Source of the DNA: Eledone cirrhosa
Taxonomy: Eukaryota
Length of the DNA stretch: 64,000 nucleotides
Reading direction: 5' to 3'
Assembly: GCA_964016885.1 (NCBI GenBank)
Contig: OZ024741.1
Location: 382,478,001-382,542,000 of the forward strand
Of the stretch, positions 25,458 to 39,961 are shown piece after piece. How positions within the stretch are numbered: the stretch's first letter is position 1; every line of letters begins with the position of its first letter. The notes beneath the pieces were generated by a model, which did no database searches, was not told the DNA's origin, and saw only the letters and a list, made by a program, of their open reading frames with translations. Made by a program: the position numbers and the translations under genes.

Positions 25458-27714
25458 AAGAGAGAGAGAGAGAGAAAGAGAGAGAGAGGGGAGAGAGAGA
25501 GAGAAATAGAAATAAAATTATAAGGATTTGCTGTAGCATTTGACTGCATAACGCAGTATATAAACGAATTGTGGTAACACGTCAAGACTGCGTCACCATT
25601 AAAGGCAGCGTAAGATGCTGATAATAATTGTTTCTACTTTTGGCACAAGGCCAGTAAATTACCCAGTGTATTACCTGTACTTTATTTTATCGACGCGCAT
25701 ATAGCTTTTGCCAATATACATTCGCGAGAATGTCCGTTGTCGTACTCTTGTTAATCTCATTGATTGTAATTGTAATGGAATATGAATATTGAATACAAAT
25801 TATTCCAGTCTTTATTTTGTGACCTTCGTATTGAGCCTTGATTAATCTAAACTTGTATCTTCGCCATCTTACGAGCAGCATTTCCCATATAATTTGTAAA
25901 GTTATTTGAAGCATAAAAGGAGGGTACTAGATCATCAGTTGGGATAAATTAAACATTGTTTCTTGTTTATTTTTCATTGTCGATACTATCTCTTGTTTAC
26001 AATTCTTGACAGGAGCTACGTGAAATATAATAATTTACTCAAGAACATAAACTGTAGCTTTGTTTAGGAATCGAATCAACAATCTCCTGATCACAAACCC
26101 AAGCGTTAACCAGTAAGTGATGCATCAAGAGACCAGTTGAAAAGATATATTCTGTCATCATTTGTGAAGTGTGTGTTAAGTGTTGGTCTAGTCTCTTTCT
26201 ATATCAAGATGGCTGTATTTAGCCAATGATTGAGCCTGTTCGTAGTCAGTTGACCTGCTTGAAGTAGCTGACAAATTCCACTTGAGGTGACACTACAATA
26301 TTTTAGAGTAGCGAAAATACAATGACTAAACGTAATGACAGGTATACTATGACGAACATTAAGCGGTAACAACGTTTTTTTATAGACATATTTAAGCATA
26401 ACTTATTTGGTGATTAAACGACAACCCTGGTCAACATCGAATTAAGAAATTCCTTTGGTACGTCATGAATTGTCATACGTGCAGTGTTTACCAAAACTCT
26501 CATAACAAAAGCAATCTCTTTTGTTTACTGAAGTTATTCTTAAATAACATAATTTAGATATTCAGTCATAATATCATACACAAGATTAATTGATCTCATT
26601 TGTTTATTCCATTAAAATAATTGTGCCATTGTAATAATTAAATTAAGACTACCTCATGTTGATTATTTAATAGAATATATAAAAATAAATATGTGCATTA
26701 CATTAAAATATAAATATAAATATAATAATGAAATAAACATTAGAATAAAAACATATGTCTGGAATTATGAAGTACAATTGTGTTTTTTTTATTACATATT
26801 TTCCTGTTTCTTTAACCTTTAACATCTCTCGTAATTACTAGTTATCAAACCTGAATTGATTAATGTTTCAATCCTTTAAATATTTTCGAATATTTCTTTA
26901 ACCAACTAGAATAACAAAATATATTTCCTGTGCAAATTCCTATGTAGTCATACATACAGAGAAAGATGTAAATTACAACGATGTATTACGTCATAACTTA
27001 CAAAAAGTATATTAAATAAAGCATGATGAGGAAGTTATAGTTAGTTATTAAAAAAAATCCATATTTCAACAAACTTCTAAGATATGAATATCTATAAAAA
27101 ATATTCAGACAATGAATTATTTGATAAAATAACTAAGTCGTCTACCCTGTACCGCACCTAGCCGATTTGTTACATGCAATATGGGAATCTCTTGCACCAA
27201 ATGTAACTTGATACCAAGCTTCTTGACATTCTACATACTTCTCTTCTTCGCATTAGTTAATATACTTTGGTGCATTTGGATGATTAATGTCTTTGTAGTG
27301 TGGAATCAATATCGTGATTATTAACGATAGAAAGCTATTGTTTAGTATTGAAGTATATGTAAAGTGGAAACATACTCTAGTATTTTAGTTGTATATTGCA
27401 TAGTGTTTAAGACAAAACAGAAAATAGATTGCGTAACCTATTGTAACAAATTTCAGAAAAGTAGTAAGGTAGTAGAGTTCATATTTAGAGTCAAACAATC
27501 ACCATGCGTTGTGTAGTCTAGCATAAATCTATATTGCAATGCAGCTTGAAGATTGTCCGCTGGGGTGCTGCTGAATGTTTGTTACAAGAAAATGAAGTCA
27601 AATGAAACAAATAAAATGGAAGTTAAATTCATATAGACAGTCATGCAGTTCAAATAGGAAATTCATTGATATATTCTAACTACATTTTATGAATATTTAC
27701 ATAAACATAATATG

Positions 27715-27965
27715 ATGACAAGGACCATTAACAGGAGGAAAATGATCATGATGATGATGATGGTGATAGTTACGATGAAGACAGATGCTGAAAATGAGGA
27801 TGATAATAATGATGATGGTGATGATGATGATGATGATGATTATGATGATGATGATGATGATCACTATCAGCATTACCATTACCATCTCCATGACGGAGAT
27901 GGTGAACAATATGATGGCGTAGAGCATTTGATGATGTGATGATGGTTGATGAAGGTGATGATAAA
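27715..27965. repeat. Degenerate (GAT)n microsatellite
   Basis: Direct reading. Confidence 0.9.
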
Positions 27966-28334
27966 TAAATAGTGATGGGGATCAATAGCACACCTAATGT
28001 GTGAACACCTTAACAAAAATTAGTAGAGTTTAAGATCACATCGTTTCCATTGAGAAGGAATAAACATGGTATATAAAGGAAAACAAGTGGTAAGAGTTGA
28101 ACATGCATTGCATTTCGTTCTTACTCAAATAAAGAACATGTAAAAAGAAAACAGCAGTAAATGAGAAGAAGAATTTAAAACGATGAACAATACTGAATAC
28201 AGAGAAAAATGTAGCGATTCGATCAATGTCAGATTTTTTTGTAGATTGGTAACTCTAAGCTTCAGAGATAGTATTTGCTAAACAACAGACAGCCGAACGT
28301 GACAATAGCATTGTCTTCTCTTGTTTTCGAACAG

Positions 28335-28359
28335 GTTCGTACACGCACTTATATATACG
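28335..28359 (+). other. Candidate 25-nt micro-exon of an unidentified host gene
   Basis: ttgtcttctcttgttttcgaacAG | exon | GTAAGC in non-repetitive DNA. Confidence 0.3.
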
Positions 28360-28700
28360 GTAAGCAAAGCCTTATAAAAATATTGATTCTAAAATCTGAT
28401 CAAGTGATGATACCTTAGGCTGACAGTTATAAGTATAGAGTAAAAACAAATGTTAAGAATAAATAAAACGTTGAGAAATTCACAGGAAACAAGTTTTCAA
28501 AAAAGTGTTTTCTATTTATTTTTCTAACACATTTCCGCCTGAAACTTCGGTACATTGCAGAGTGTCTTCTACACAACAACCCATTCCTCCAAAAGAAATA
28601 TTTCCCATGCACAAATAAAATATGTGCAGGTACTTCATCCAAATGTACGCAATGCGTGAACAAACACACACACATACACACATACAAAGGCACTCACAAT

Positions 28701-28735
<35 letters not shown>

Positions 28736-28739
28736 GTAT

Positions 28740-28781
<42 letters not shown>

Positions 28782-28783
28782 AA

Positions 28784-28834
28784 AGCTTCTACAGGACTAG
28801 AACTATTTCATTCGTGAGAAATCATCACGAAGCT
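28784..28834 (-). ncRNA. Degenerate hammerhead (related copy at 49253-49303 -)
   Basis: Stem I agcttc/gaagct. Core is GTGATGA here and CTGATGA in the 49-kb copy. GTA triplet. Confidence 0.6.
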
Positions 28835-29368
28835 TCTTAAATGGCTTTAGCTGTTATACTGCGGCCACGCTGACGCCTCACGTTAAATTGATTTCGCCGA
28901 CAATATCGACTCTAGTCTTCTACTAATATTATATAATCATTTACGCACAACGTAATGTAAATACATATAGAGAAAGACACACACGAACCCATAAACACAT
29001 ACACCCGCTCACATGCACACACACAAATATATATATATATATATGCGTGTGTCTGTGTCTGTCTGTGTGTGTGTGTGTGTGCGAGTGTTTGTGTGTGTAT
29101 ATATATATATATATACAAAACAAAGCAACCGATATTTTCATTTTACATTGAATTGACCAACATATTTTTGTCAGCCAGCATAAGAACGTGCAATATGTTC
29201 TTGTAGACAAGTACGCCAGGTTCTATAACAAACATTCAGCTCACATTAACAAAAGAGTAACTTCCATTCTACACATTAGTGGGCGTATGGAGCTTAAGCT
29301 TTACTTTGCCAAACATATAACGGTTTTCTCAACTTTACTCAAATGTATATATATATGTATATGTATAT

Positions 29369-29479
<111 letters not shown>

Positions 29480-29552
29480 AAATTATATAAATCTATATGT
29501 TAAATATATGTATCTATCTATATGTATAAATATATATATATAATTATACATA

Positions 29553-29990
29553 TATTTATTAAAATAACAGATTAAAGTTTAAGCAAAGAATCGCTGCTTT
29601 TACCCTTAACGGAATCTTCTGAAACTAACAGAGTCAATCTGTGAAGGCAGAAGTAAATATTTCGAAAAACGTTGCAACCGGAGGAAGACAGGAAGACGAT
29701 ACTCTGGTTCGTGGAAACGTTCCCTGGCAAAGAACGGGCAAAACACGAATATAATACGTCATTATTTGGAGCGGTGAAAAACAATTACACGCAAAGACAA
29801 AACCACGTTTATGGTATAAAAGAAGTCGTAGACTAATATTCTATTAGGTGGTTCATAGAGACATTATCTGGCAATGAACGGAAAAAACGAAGAAAATACG
29901 TCATATGTGGAGCGGGGAGAACAATTGCACGCAAAGACAAAACCACGTAAATGGTATAACTGAAGTGGTAGACTGAAATTCTAATTAGGA
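29553..29990 (-). mobile_element. Non-coding PLE-type 3' end, CAGAAGA-hammerhead family (also 25195-25265, 39970-40225 inverted, 47555-47703, remnant 9533-9590)
   Basis: Shared ttattaaaataacagattaaagtttaagcaaagaatcgctgc terminus next to (TA)n; internal ~65-bp direct repeat. Confidence 0.75.
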
Positions 29991-30256
29991 AACCGAATGA
30001 TTCTCGGCTTCAGAGTTAAGAATAAAGTAAATAAAATACAGAGGTAATGGAAATTAAATAAATACATAAACGCATCCATATACGTACATACACAAGCATA
30101 CGCGAAAACACTCGCCATAGGTATACAAATACACGCACGTACACACAAACAAAAAACCGGCACGCATATACAGAACCCACGCAACGCCTGTACCCGCACG
30201 CATACGAATGTATACACCAAATACACATAAAATGATATATACAAATATATATATTA

Positions 30257-30295
<39 letters not shown>

Positions 30296-31396
30296 CGTGT
30301 TTACATATAATTAAATAAACGTATATAAATAAATAAATACGTATATAACAAGCGCACACACATACCTACATGTAAATACACATGTTCGGAGACGTACGTC
30401 AACCAAAACACGAAGTACTCATATACACACTCCCTACATACGTACGAACCCGCATACTCACACAGACGCAATACTCACGTATACACAACCAAAAGCATAT
30501 GTACAAGAATATATAATATATACGCCAAAACATATACAATCAAATATACGTACGAGAAAGTATACGTACCTTCACAAAACATACAGGTAATATATACTTA
30601 ACTATACAAATAAGTAATGGTATAAACATAACATATACTTAGCTACCACATCAAGACGTAAAAAAATCCGCGTATAGTTAGCACTATCCGTTAGGGTATA
30701 ATATGTGACAGATGTGTGTGACAAAAGAACTCTATATTTATATCTATATTTTTAACCGCTGCTCTATAATGATAAACATTGATTAATGAAATATAACATG
30801 TACTGAAGGAAAATCCAACTGACTGCGATTTACTATACCTTTCTAGCTAAAACATATATATATATATATATAAATATATAAGAATATATATATAAATATA
30901 TATATATATATTCTTATATTTGAGGTGGGTCATTTTGTTATGATATATGAGAAAGAAAATTGGGGGTGAAAAAAAAAGCCATTCGTATTCAGTCTGCCAT
31001 ATTTGAACTAACATATAAATATATACATTATAAAAACGAAGTGACACGGTATCACGTTTACATTAAGTTTAGGGCATTTTCTAGTTATACCCATTTTAAT
31101 GATATCAAATTCGTTATGTAACAATTATTTGATGTGTTGTAATCAAATATTGTTTTCGATATTGTAATGATAGATAAAATAAGAAACTCAATTCTGGCTT
31201 TCCGGTTAAAACCAATCATATGTTGTACACAATTTGGCAATAGGCAGGCTATGGGTTGGGTGATGCTGAGTGCATGTATTGTATATGTGTGCATATACAT
31301 TTGTACGTATACATATGAAATTATATGAGGGATATAAATATGTTTACATATTTATATACACCCACACACCCACACACACACACACACTCACACACG

Positions 31397-31469
<73 letters not shown>

Positions 31470-32519
31470 AAATAAAATAAAATAAAAAATATGTCAAATG
31501 TTTAAAATGTGGCTTCGTTTATTACTGCTATATATATTTCGGTGACAGCCATCTTTGGCTGTGACCTCTTCAGGCAGTTCGAATTAGTGAGGTAGAGACG
31601 AGTACACATGTTGTTGAGGTGTATAACTCTGTCAATACTCTGATATGCCCAGTTCCTGGTTGGGTTGTTATTTCACTGAGAAACTGGAATCATATGAATT
31701 TAAACAAACGAATTTCAGGGTCAAAGGGCCTCTTCTCCTCTCATTGGTCAGTTGTTAGAACATTCCTCAGTCAAAAGTCTATAGAAATTCGTTCTGAGGC
31801 AAGCCAATCTGTAGTTGTTGTTCTTGTTATTGTTAGGTACATCTGATCTCTATCCTTATGGTGGTAGTGGTGTAGTTGTTGGGGTCAGCTAAAAAAAAGG
31901 ATAAAGTGGTAGAAGGAATATGATGGTAAAGGAACAAAATAAAATAAAATAATCGAATAAAATGTCTATGTGTGTTATACCCATCTCAATGTTATAAAGA
32001 TTTGTAAGGTCATTCTTCCCATTGGTCAGTTTTGAGAGCATTCCTCAGTCCAAATTCTATAGAAATTCATGCTGGGGTGAGGCTCCCTGTAGTGTTTGTG
32101 TTTGCTATTGACCTCTACCCTTATTTTGGTAGTGTTGTTGGTGTTGTGGTCAGCTTATGTCTTGCTGCTGCTGACAATTTAGAAGTATCTGTGCGTGTGT
32201 GTTTCTTCATCCCTCCTGCCACCATCTCCCGTGGTGGTGGTGGTGGTGGATTGGGGGGGGGGGGGTTCTGCCACGTATATGAAGAAATAGAAGGCAATAA
32301 AGTGAAGAAAACAGAAAGTAAATAGTAAATAGAGAATAAATGAAAAATTAATGAAAAGGTAATGAAAAAGTAATGAAAAATGATTATGGAAAATGAAAAA
32401 TGAAAATGAAAAGTGAAAATTAAAATGAAGATTCAAATAAAATAAGATAAAATGTGTGTGTGTTATAACCAATCACAAGGTCAGACGTATGTTGAATAAA
32501 GTGGTAGGAGGAACAAGAT

Positions 32520-32520
<1 letters not shown>
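31470..32520 (-). mobile_element. Non-coding PLE-type 3' region with an internal direct duplication
   Basis: Hammerhead near the left end; about 31725-31890 is repeated at about 32005-32160; flanked by (TA)n. Confidence 0.6.
31524..31578 (-). ncRNA. Canonical-core type I hammerhead ribozyme
   Basis: actgc CTGAAGA ggtcacagcc-aaagat-ggctgtcacc GAAA t-atat-ATA gcagt; all three stems pair. A degenerate relative lies at about 34510-34565. Confidence 0.85.
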
Positions 32521-32550
<30 letters not shown>

Positions 32551-32552
<2 letters not shown>

Positions 32553-34385
32553 TAAATTTCTTTAAGTCGTTTGGAAAGCTCGACAATGCAGATGGGTAAA
32601 TCTCCGGGTAACAAGATCCGGTGATGGAGAGAGAGATGTAAGTGGGTGTACGTTGAGATGCGTGGCGTGTATAAGACTGTCGGGTGTGCTAGCGATCTCT
32701 TACATGAGAGCCTCCAGCACAAGGCACTCAACGCCTGCCACCCCAAACGCCGTCGCTTTTTTATCAAAGTACCTGGACGATATCCTCATCCTCACATCTT
32801 CCCAAGACATGGCGAACAAAATCTATGAGACGTTCAACAACACGGAGGAGAACATTGACTTCAGTGTTGAACACCCCAACAACGACGGGTCACTTGCCCT
32901 CCTCGACTTCCGAATCAACATCACGGAACAGGGAGGGATCCACTGCAATTTCTACCGAATGGCAGCCTGCAGGGACCTGTTCGTCCAATACAGATCCGCC
33001 CCCCCCCTAACAGTGCCAAAAGAGAATACATCATAAACGAGATCGCTCGAATCAAAAACAGATGCAGTGATCCCGCAAGTGGTGTCACTCATACCAAGCG
33101 ATTCCTCGAGGTTCTGGAGACGAACCGGTACCCTACCTCGCTCACAGACAGAGTAGGAGACACCAGACACAAGAGACAGAGAGGCACCCAAGGCAAGTGC
33201 TTCCTTAAGATGCCACACCTGGGCGAGAATACCACCAACGCTATCCGCAAGGCTATACGGAGTGAGGGCCTCGACATCCACCTGGCCCACTCGTGCCCCT
33301 CCTTGCGAAGATGCTTCTCCAGGAAACCCGGGAAATCAACTGACGCGTGCTCCCTCAGAGACTGCCCAATGCGCCATGCGAACTGTTGCCTACGCACATA
33401 CGTTTTGTATAAAATAGAATGTAGCAAGTGCAACCGATACTATATAGGTAGCACGATCCGACCGTTGCACATCCGGATCAAGGAACACACTAAAACCAGG
33501 GCCCTCGTCTTTCCGGAAACACATAGCCAAATGCGGAAACAAAGACGGAAGGCCCATTGTCACAATTCTAGCGACAGAAAGAAACGTCGGCACGTTACGT
33601 ATCAAGGAAGCACTTCGGATCAAACGCCTAGGGCCACAATTATACAACCGATCCGAGAGAAGCGAAATGAGGTGGTTGGTTTAAGTTAACAAACAATGCA
33701 GCAACACACGCACACACACTCATAAGCGAGACAGCAACACACGCACACACACACACAGTAGCAATCACCCATACGAACATACTACACTGCCAATACAGAG
33801 GAACAAGGCAACAACACACGCACACACGCACACACACTCAATCGAGACAACAACACACGCACAAACACACACACACACACAGTAACATTCACCAAACAGG
33901 CAGAGAATGGACTGACAGCTACCGCCACCCCACTCCCACGATTGAATGAACTACTTCGGCCGCTGACCTCTGCCTGACCGACCCCATTTCACGCGCACGC
34001 GCGCTCTGCTGAATACCTCAGATATTCAAAACAACGAACAGCGGAGGACACGTAACGCACCTTTCCGACAGACACCCCCCCCCCGAAAAAACCCCAGTTT
34101 ATGGATGTGAATCCGAAATATATAGAGACAATTCAATCTCTCCCAAGGTAACTCTTTCTCGTGTTGTTATTTTTATTTTTAACCTTTACGCTCTTTCCTG
34201 CATTCCTCTACACGGTACAGTCTTATACAGGCTACGCATCTCAACGTACAACAACTTACATCTCTGTCTCCACCACCGGATCTTGTTACCCAGAGATTTA
34301 CCCATCTGCATTGTCGAGGCTTCCAAACGACTTAAAGAAATTTACCTTATTATTCCACAATGCTTCAAGCAAACTTCAATACTCT

Positions 34386-34388
<3 letters not shown>
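32551..34388 (+). mobile_element. 5'-truncated PLE (Nematis/Poseidon-like) with inverted terminal copy
   Basis: KYLDDIL, LLDFRI, CSLRDCP..CC, VLYKIECSKC..YIGSTIRPLHIRIKEH; 32551-32643 is the reverse complement of 34254-34346. Confidence 0.85.
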
Positions 34389-34463
<75 letters not shown>

Positions 34464-34612
34464 AATTGTAAGTCAACAGGTTAAAATTGCCTTTGTATAT
34501 TCATATTCGCTGCTATATATATTTCGGTGATAACCATAATTCAACAGTTATGGCATCATCAGTAAATTAGAAGTTGAACAGAAAAAAACAGTAAAACATT
34601 ATGTTGGAATTG

Positions 34613-34648
<36 letters not shown>

Positions 34649-35091
34649 CTGTACATATGTTGGAATATGTACGTATATATATATATATGGGTGTGCACAT
34701 GTATTTATGTACCAATGTATGTATGTGTGTGTATATGTATGTTTAGATGTGATGTGTGTGTGCGTATATATTTCTGTTTTGTTATAAATATAAAAGTTTC
34801 AATCATATACGCACGTGAACATACGTTTCCCATGTATTAATCCTTTTTTACTGCCACTCTTGTGCGTTAGCAAACAAACTGATTTAGTTTACTGCGTGCA
34901 GTTGTAAAACCATTGATAAATTCCATTAGCGAAATACCAACATAATAGAATTTGCACTAGGAAATATATAATTAAAATAGTATTGTATTGGAAGGTAATA
35001 CACAATATATCGCGCACACACAAACAGATACACATACACATAGATCATAGATGCAAACATGCATATCATATATAGATATATATATATATTT

Positions 35092-35283
35092 ATAGGAAAA
35101 AGTATGACCCCGACGGCAGAGCTTAAGCCGTTTCGACGGCTATTTCTGGACAGAAATAGCCGTCTAAACGGCTTGAGCTCTGCCATCGGGGTTATACCTT
35201 TTCCTATTTTCCACTCTACTACCCTAAGTATTGAGTACTCTGGTGCGTTATGGTCCATCTGGTTCCTTACCACAATTCCTCTG

Positions 35284-35285
<2 letters not shown>
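35092..35285. mobile_element. Fold-back PLE-type 3' end with half hammerhead (family also at 44383-44530 and 44807-44962)
   Basis: Hairpin at 35092-35207; shared terminus gagtactctggtgcg.tatggt..atctggttccttaccacaa followed by (TA)n. Confidence 0.75.
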
Positions 35286-35346
<61 letters not shown>

Positions 35347-36243
35347 AGAGAGATTTTGTTTTGGGACCTCCGTCTTATTTGACGAACAACATAACAGCAC
35401 GTTCATGATATTAAAATGCAAGAGTCTTAGCATTCCAGCCATACGTGCACCATCAATGTAGTTCTCTGCTAGATTGACCGTGATACAATTTGTGGTGAGG
35501 TAGGTCATTTAATATTGGAGAAGGACTCCTTTTTTCTATGTGAGTCGACTGGTCTACCGCAAATTACATTGTCTTGTGTAAGGACAAAACGATCCACAGT
35601 GTTAGGGAAACGAAGTTTAAAGATCGGTTTGCATAAGTTGAAGTCTTCCTCAAAGCGGTTAGTGGATATTTTTCTTTTGTCTAAGGGTCAATATAGGCTC
35701 TGTTGAGGTTCGAAACTTGAAAAAGCCTAAGTTGAAGTCTTGCTTCTAAAACAAATCTTATATTCTCAATCCCGCGAAGAAAAACATGTAACGTATCGTC
35801 TTTTAGCATGACTTCCTCTAAAGCTTAGGCTTTTTACAACGTCACCCGTTAACAAATTCTAGAAATTTCTTGGCATGAAAAAACAAAATAGATCTTGAAT
35901 TCACTGATGATAGACTTTTTGCAGAACAATGTTTGAATAAGTGGGTGCGTTTAAGGTCTATACCCATTGTGTGGAATTCTAAGCATTTAAATTATGATAT
36001 CGACACAATGATTTGAAAACTCGAAATTCAATATCATATACATACATACATACATACATACATACATACATACATACATACAAACATACATACATACATA
36101 CATACATATATAAGGAAAAAAGATGAAATCGAAAATGCAACTGGAGTCTTTTTTTTTTTATATATATTTATTTGGTTCCTTTACCGGTTTCGCAGTTCTT
36201 CTGCTTTTCAAAAGTAGAATTGAGATGGAGGGTTTTGGATTTT

Positions 36244-36285
<42 letters not shown>

Positions 36286-36399
36286 TTATATATATATGAG
36301 AAAATCCACAGACCCTCCATCTTAATTATATATATAATGTATGAGGTGAGTTTGCCAATATCGGATAAGTAACACACAACAGTTTATAGGACTGGAGTA

Positions 36400-36660
36400 T
36401 AAATAATATAAAATCAAAATATGGTTAAAAGAGTTCCATGTATTTTATTATGCGCATTTCAAAAACAAATATCATCATGGGATGATATTTACGTTCTCAA
36501 CAGATAAAATAGGGAGACAGGATATGAAGCTTAAAAAAACACTTGCGAGCAGTAAAGTGTTAAATTAACATATATGTTGATTTAACAATGTTATTTTTGA
36601 AATGCGCATAATAAAATACATGGAATTCTTTTAACCAATCTTTGATTTTATATTATGTAT
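36400..36660. mobile_element. Short element with inverted ends and a hammerhead at 36442-36510 (-)
   Basis: attttat CTGTTGA [hairpin] GAAA t-gcgc-ATA ataaaat; about 36405-36466 is the reverse complement of about 36594-36655. Confidence 0.7.
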
Positions 36661-36679
36661 ATATATATATAATGTGAGT

Positions 36680-37642
36680 AATATCGAAATTGAAGCATCG
36701 GCTTGTATCCCACGAAATAACAATTTTCGGAAGCTTTCCACGAAGCACTCAATAAGATGATATCGATAAATCGATAATTTGAATCTCAGAGCAATAAGCA
36801 TACTTTAAAGGTGTACAAAATGAAAACTGTAGTTAAGCGGAGAATGCCACAGAAGCCACCACATCGACGAAAATACAACCAGGTTGATACCGACCTGTAC
36901 CTAATCGGTGGATTGGCAGTAACGGTAGAGGGTCGGACGCCACTCTTTGCATCAAAGAGTTACGGCCGTTCATGGTCTGAGCTCAATTCCTGCCGAGGTT
37001 AACTTTTCCTTTCATCCTTACGGAGTCGATAAAATAAAGTACCAGTAATACACTGAGATAATTTATGACCTTGTGCCAAAAGTAGAAACAATTATATAAT
37101 ATTTTCAATTGGTTTCTATGAATTCTAAATCAACAATTCAAAGTTGCGCAATATGCAAATATGTACTGTATGAAGACCGAACATGGACTCACGTTATCAA
37201 CTAGTGTTCCGTTCTGTGCGCTGTCAACACGGGTGTGACGGTAGCGAGGTAAATGATTGTAGTATCAGCCACCACGGGAAAGAGGAAGAAGACATCCGGG
37301 TTTTTGGTGGGCAAATTCAAAGTGTGTGCAAATGAATTAAATAAATTAATTTAATCACATCACAACTTCCGAATTCAAGCTCTCAAACTATATTAACAAA
37401 CAAATACGAATAATTAATCAATTAATAAATAATTAATTAGTTAATTAGGAGAGAATAATACAAAATAATGGGAGTAAAATCGAAGTTGCAGCAGCGGCTC
37501 GCATCCCACTGAATAACAATATTCGGAAGCTTTCCACGAATCACTCAATAAAATTATATCAATAAATCGATAAATTGAATCTCAGAGTAATAAACATACG
37601 TTAAAGGTGTACAAATTGAAAACCCTGGTTAATCGGAGAATG
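36680..37642. repeat. Two diverged direct copies of a ~165-bp sequence (36680-36846 and 37478-37642)
   Basis: Shared ttcggaagctttccacgaa.cactcaataa...gaatctcagag...aaaggtgtacaaa. Confidence 0.8.
36905..37098 (+). mobile_element. tRNA-derived SINE
   Basis: Same family as 52890-53081. Confidence 0.85.
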
Positions 37643-38698
37643 AGCCAGATTTACGATCAAGAATAATTTTATCTCATTAATTTCCAGTCTAAATGACCCA
37701 ATTTCGAGTATATAACGTTCATGTGTATTGCCTAACACCTTCTTATTCATAAAATAATCGAGAACAGAAACTTGTACTTTCGACCCTTGTTAAAGTCTAG
37801 TCTACCATAACATGTGCTTACCTCTCAAGCCGAGTTGACCAGCGACGTAATAAATGAACTGCTCTAAATCAGGAAACAACATATATCTTTATATGTACAT
37901 ATATGCTCTTGGGTAACGAATTGAACAAGTGATTAAAACGTCGGATAAAGTACTTTACGTTTCGTCTTTCTGACCTATGTGGTTACATCCTACCGAGGTC
38001 AAATTTGCCTTTCATCCATTCAAGAACCAGAAAAAGTACCAGTCTATTGCCGTGGTGGATGTTTTCTGTGCCTCTTTCTCGCTTCCATTCTTTAACTCGC
38101 TGTCCTTCTCTGGAGGAAATATGTTCTATTCAGACCTGGAGAGTAGATGGGCACCGCCAGGTTTAAACAGTGCTCTAGAAGCCCCATATATCCATACGGA
38201 AGCACAATGACCCCCTCATGTGTTACGCGTTTATACATACACATAAATGGTTTTAGATTTCCGGTCGGTAATGAAGATATCGTTTCATTATAGATTCTTT
38301 CCTTTGACTCAAGCAAAAGTTCAGGTTAATCAGTCATCATGAACACGAAAGGATTTGAGGAATGCTGTATGAATATAAATTGAGGACAAGTAATTATTTC
38401 TTTTTTTCTCTATAATATGTAAAAACTAAGAAGTCGAAAACATCACTAAACCAATGAATACCTCAGTAAAATTTGAATGCCTCGGTATTCGTTCGAGTTC
38501 ACTGCATTCTGCGCGAAAATCTCAACATTTAATATTTTCTAGTTTGATCATACAAATTCTAGTTTGATCGTACAAATCTAGGCATAGTAAATGTGCGGAA
38601 TTTTAAAAAAGGTTGGATGAGATGCTTTACTGTATCTTCTTATTTCTTATTATGCTTTACTGTAACTTCTTATTTCAAATCCCACTTAACTTTGCCAG

Positions 38699-38741
38699 GA
38701 GCTGCGACCGGCAGATAGTATTAACAATTGGAAAACGAAAG
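38699..38741 (+). other. Candidate 43-nt exon
   Basis: cccacttaactttgccAG | exon | GTAAGT. Confidence 0.35.
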
Positions 38742-38947
38742 GTAAGTGTTTGCTTGCTCTGGTTTGAAGATTAGTTGCTTTCCCTTCTAAAGATATTCAT
38801 GACTTAAAAGAATGGAAATATTTAATGTACCAATTGTGCCGACACAAATATACCAAAACGTATACATATTTCTTACACTAATTACATAACACGTCTGTTA
38901 AAGAAGGCATTCATAGTATATTTGAAATACGGATATATATAGAATGT

Positions 38948-39961
38948 TAGTCTAATGACATCCGATATCATTTTCGCCTTAACTCTCCAGCTCTGAGCCG
39001 GTGTTACAGCAAAGCCCGAGTCCTGGTGTTTCTCCAGCGCAAGGAGCATACAATAGTCCACTGCGATGATAGAAAGGTAGGGAACCAATGTATCTCCCTG
39101 GAGTACTCCAGGGAGCCAATATATCTCTGTGGAGAACTCCAGCCAGTATCTCAAAGAACATCCCATCAGGTGTTATGACTTGCGCTTTTGTTTGGTGTAG
39201 AGCAGTGATTTCAGGTCCACACCCTTCTTGGGGATTCCATAAGCCTGTAAGATTTTCATCAGGCAGTGGCGGTCCACAGAATCAAAGGCCTTCCTAACGT
39301 CAATGAAATCCATGACTGCAGGAAGGCACTTTGCTCTATCTCACTCTAATATCCTCCTCGGCATCAGGATATGACTGGTGGTTGATCTTTCCCCTCTGAA
39401 GATTGGCAATACGGAAGATGATGCGGTCGAAAGGAAGAGCAAAGCCTGGGAGGTGTGCCACAGTTTGAGATCGGTGTGGAAGTCGGACCTTCGTAGAGAC
39501 CTGAAGATCCGTCTCTTCTTTGCTGTAGTGGAGTATGTGCTGCTGTACGGGTCTGAGACTTGGACAATGACCAAGAAACTCATTCAGATCGTGGATATGT
39601 GCTACACGAGAATGCTGAGGATGGCTCTGAACATTAATCAGTATACACTGAGGATGAAGAACGCAGAGCTTCTCAAATGTCAGCTCGAAGGTGTCACAGA
39701 GGAGGCTGGGGTGAGCTAGACATGCTCACCGACATCCAGAGTTGATACGGCACTCAGTGCCCCTGTAGGAGCCCCTGCCTGGACACACTGGAGGGGGAAG
39801 ACTGAGGTTAACATATGTTGATGCCCTATGTACAGAAACTGGTCTCTTGGAGAGGCAGGACATGGCAGCGAAAATGAGGGACAGAGACCGCTGGAGAGAA
39901 CTCGTCCATGGATCTCGGGTATTTTACCCGCCCTAGATAGATCGATAGATAATCTAATGAC
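38948..39961. mobile_element. Truncated RTE-type LINE with inverted 5' part
   Basis: Minus segment 38960-39365 (KAFDSV, GVLQGDTL). Plus segment 39380-39935 (VLLYGSETWT, YTRMLR). (GATA)-like tail. Candidate TSD TA(G/A)TCTAATGAC. Confidence 0.8.

Noticed and set aside
25700-25990. Possible ancient LINE RT relic on the minus strand (DSID, VRQ-like words)
   Set aside because: Too degenerate to support without a profile search.
35400-35990. Possible decayed PLE RT on the minus strand
   Set aside because: Only isolated motif-like words; no continuous frame.
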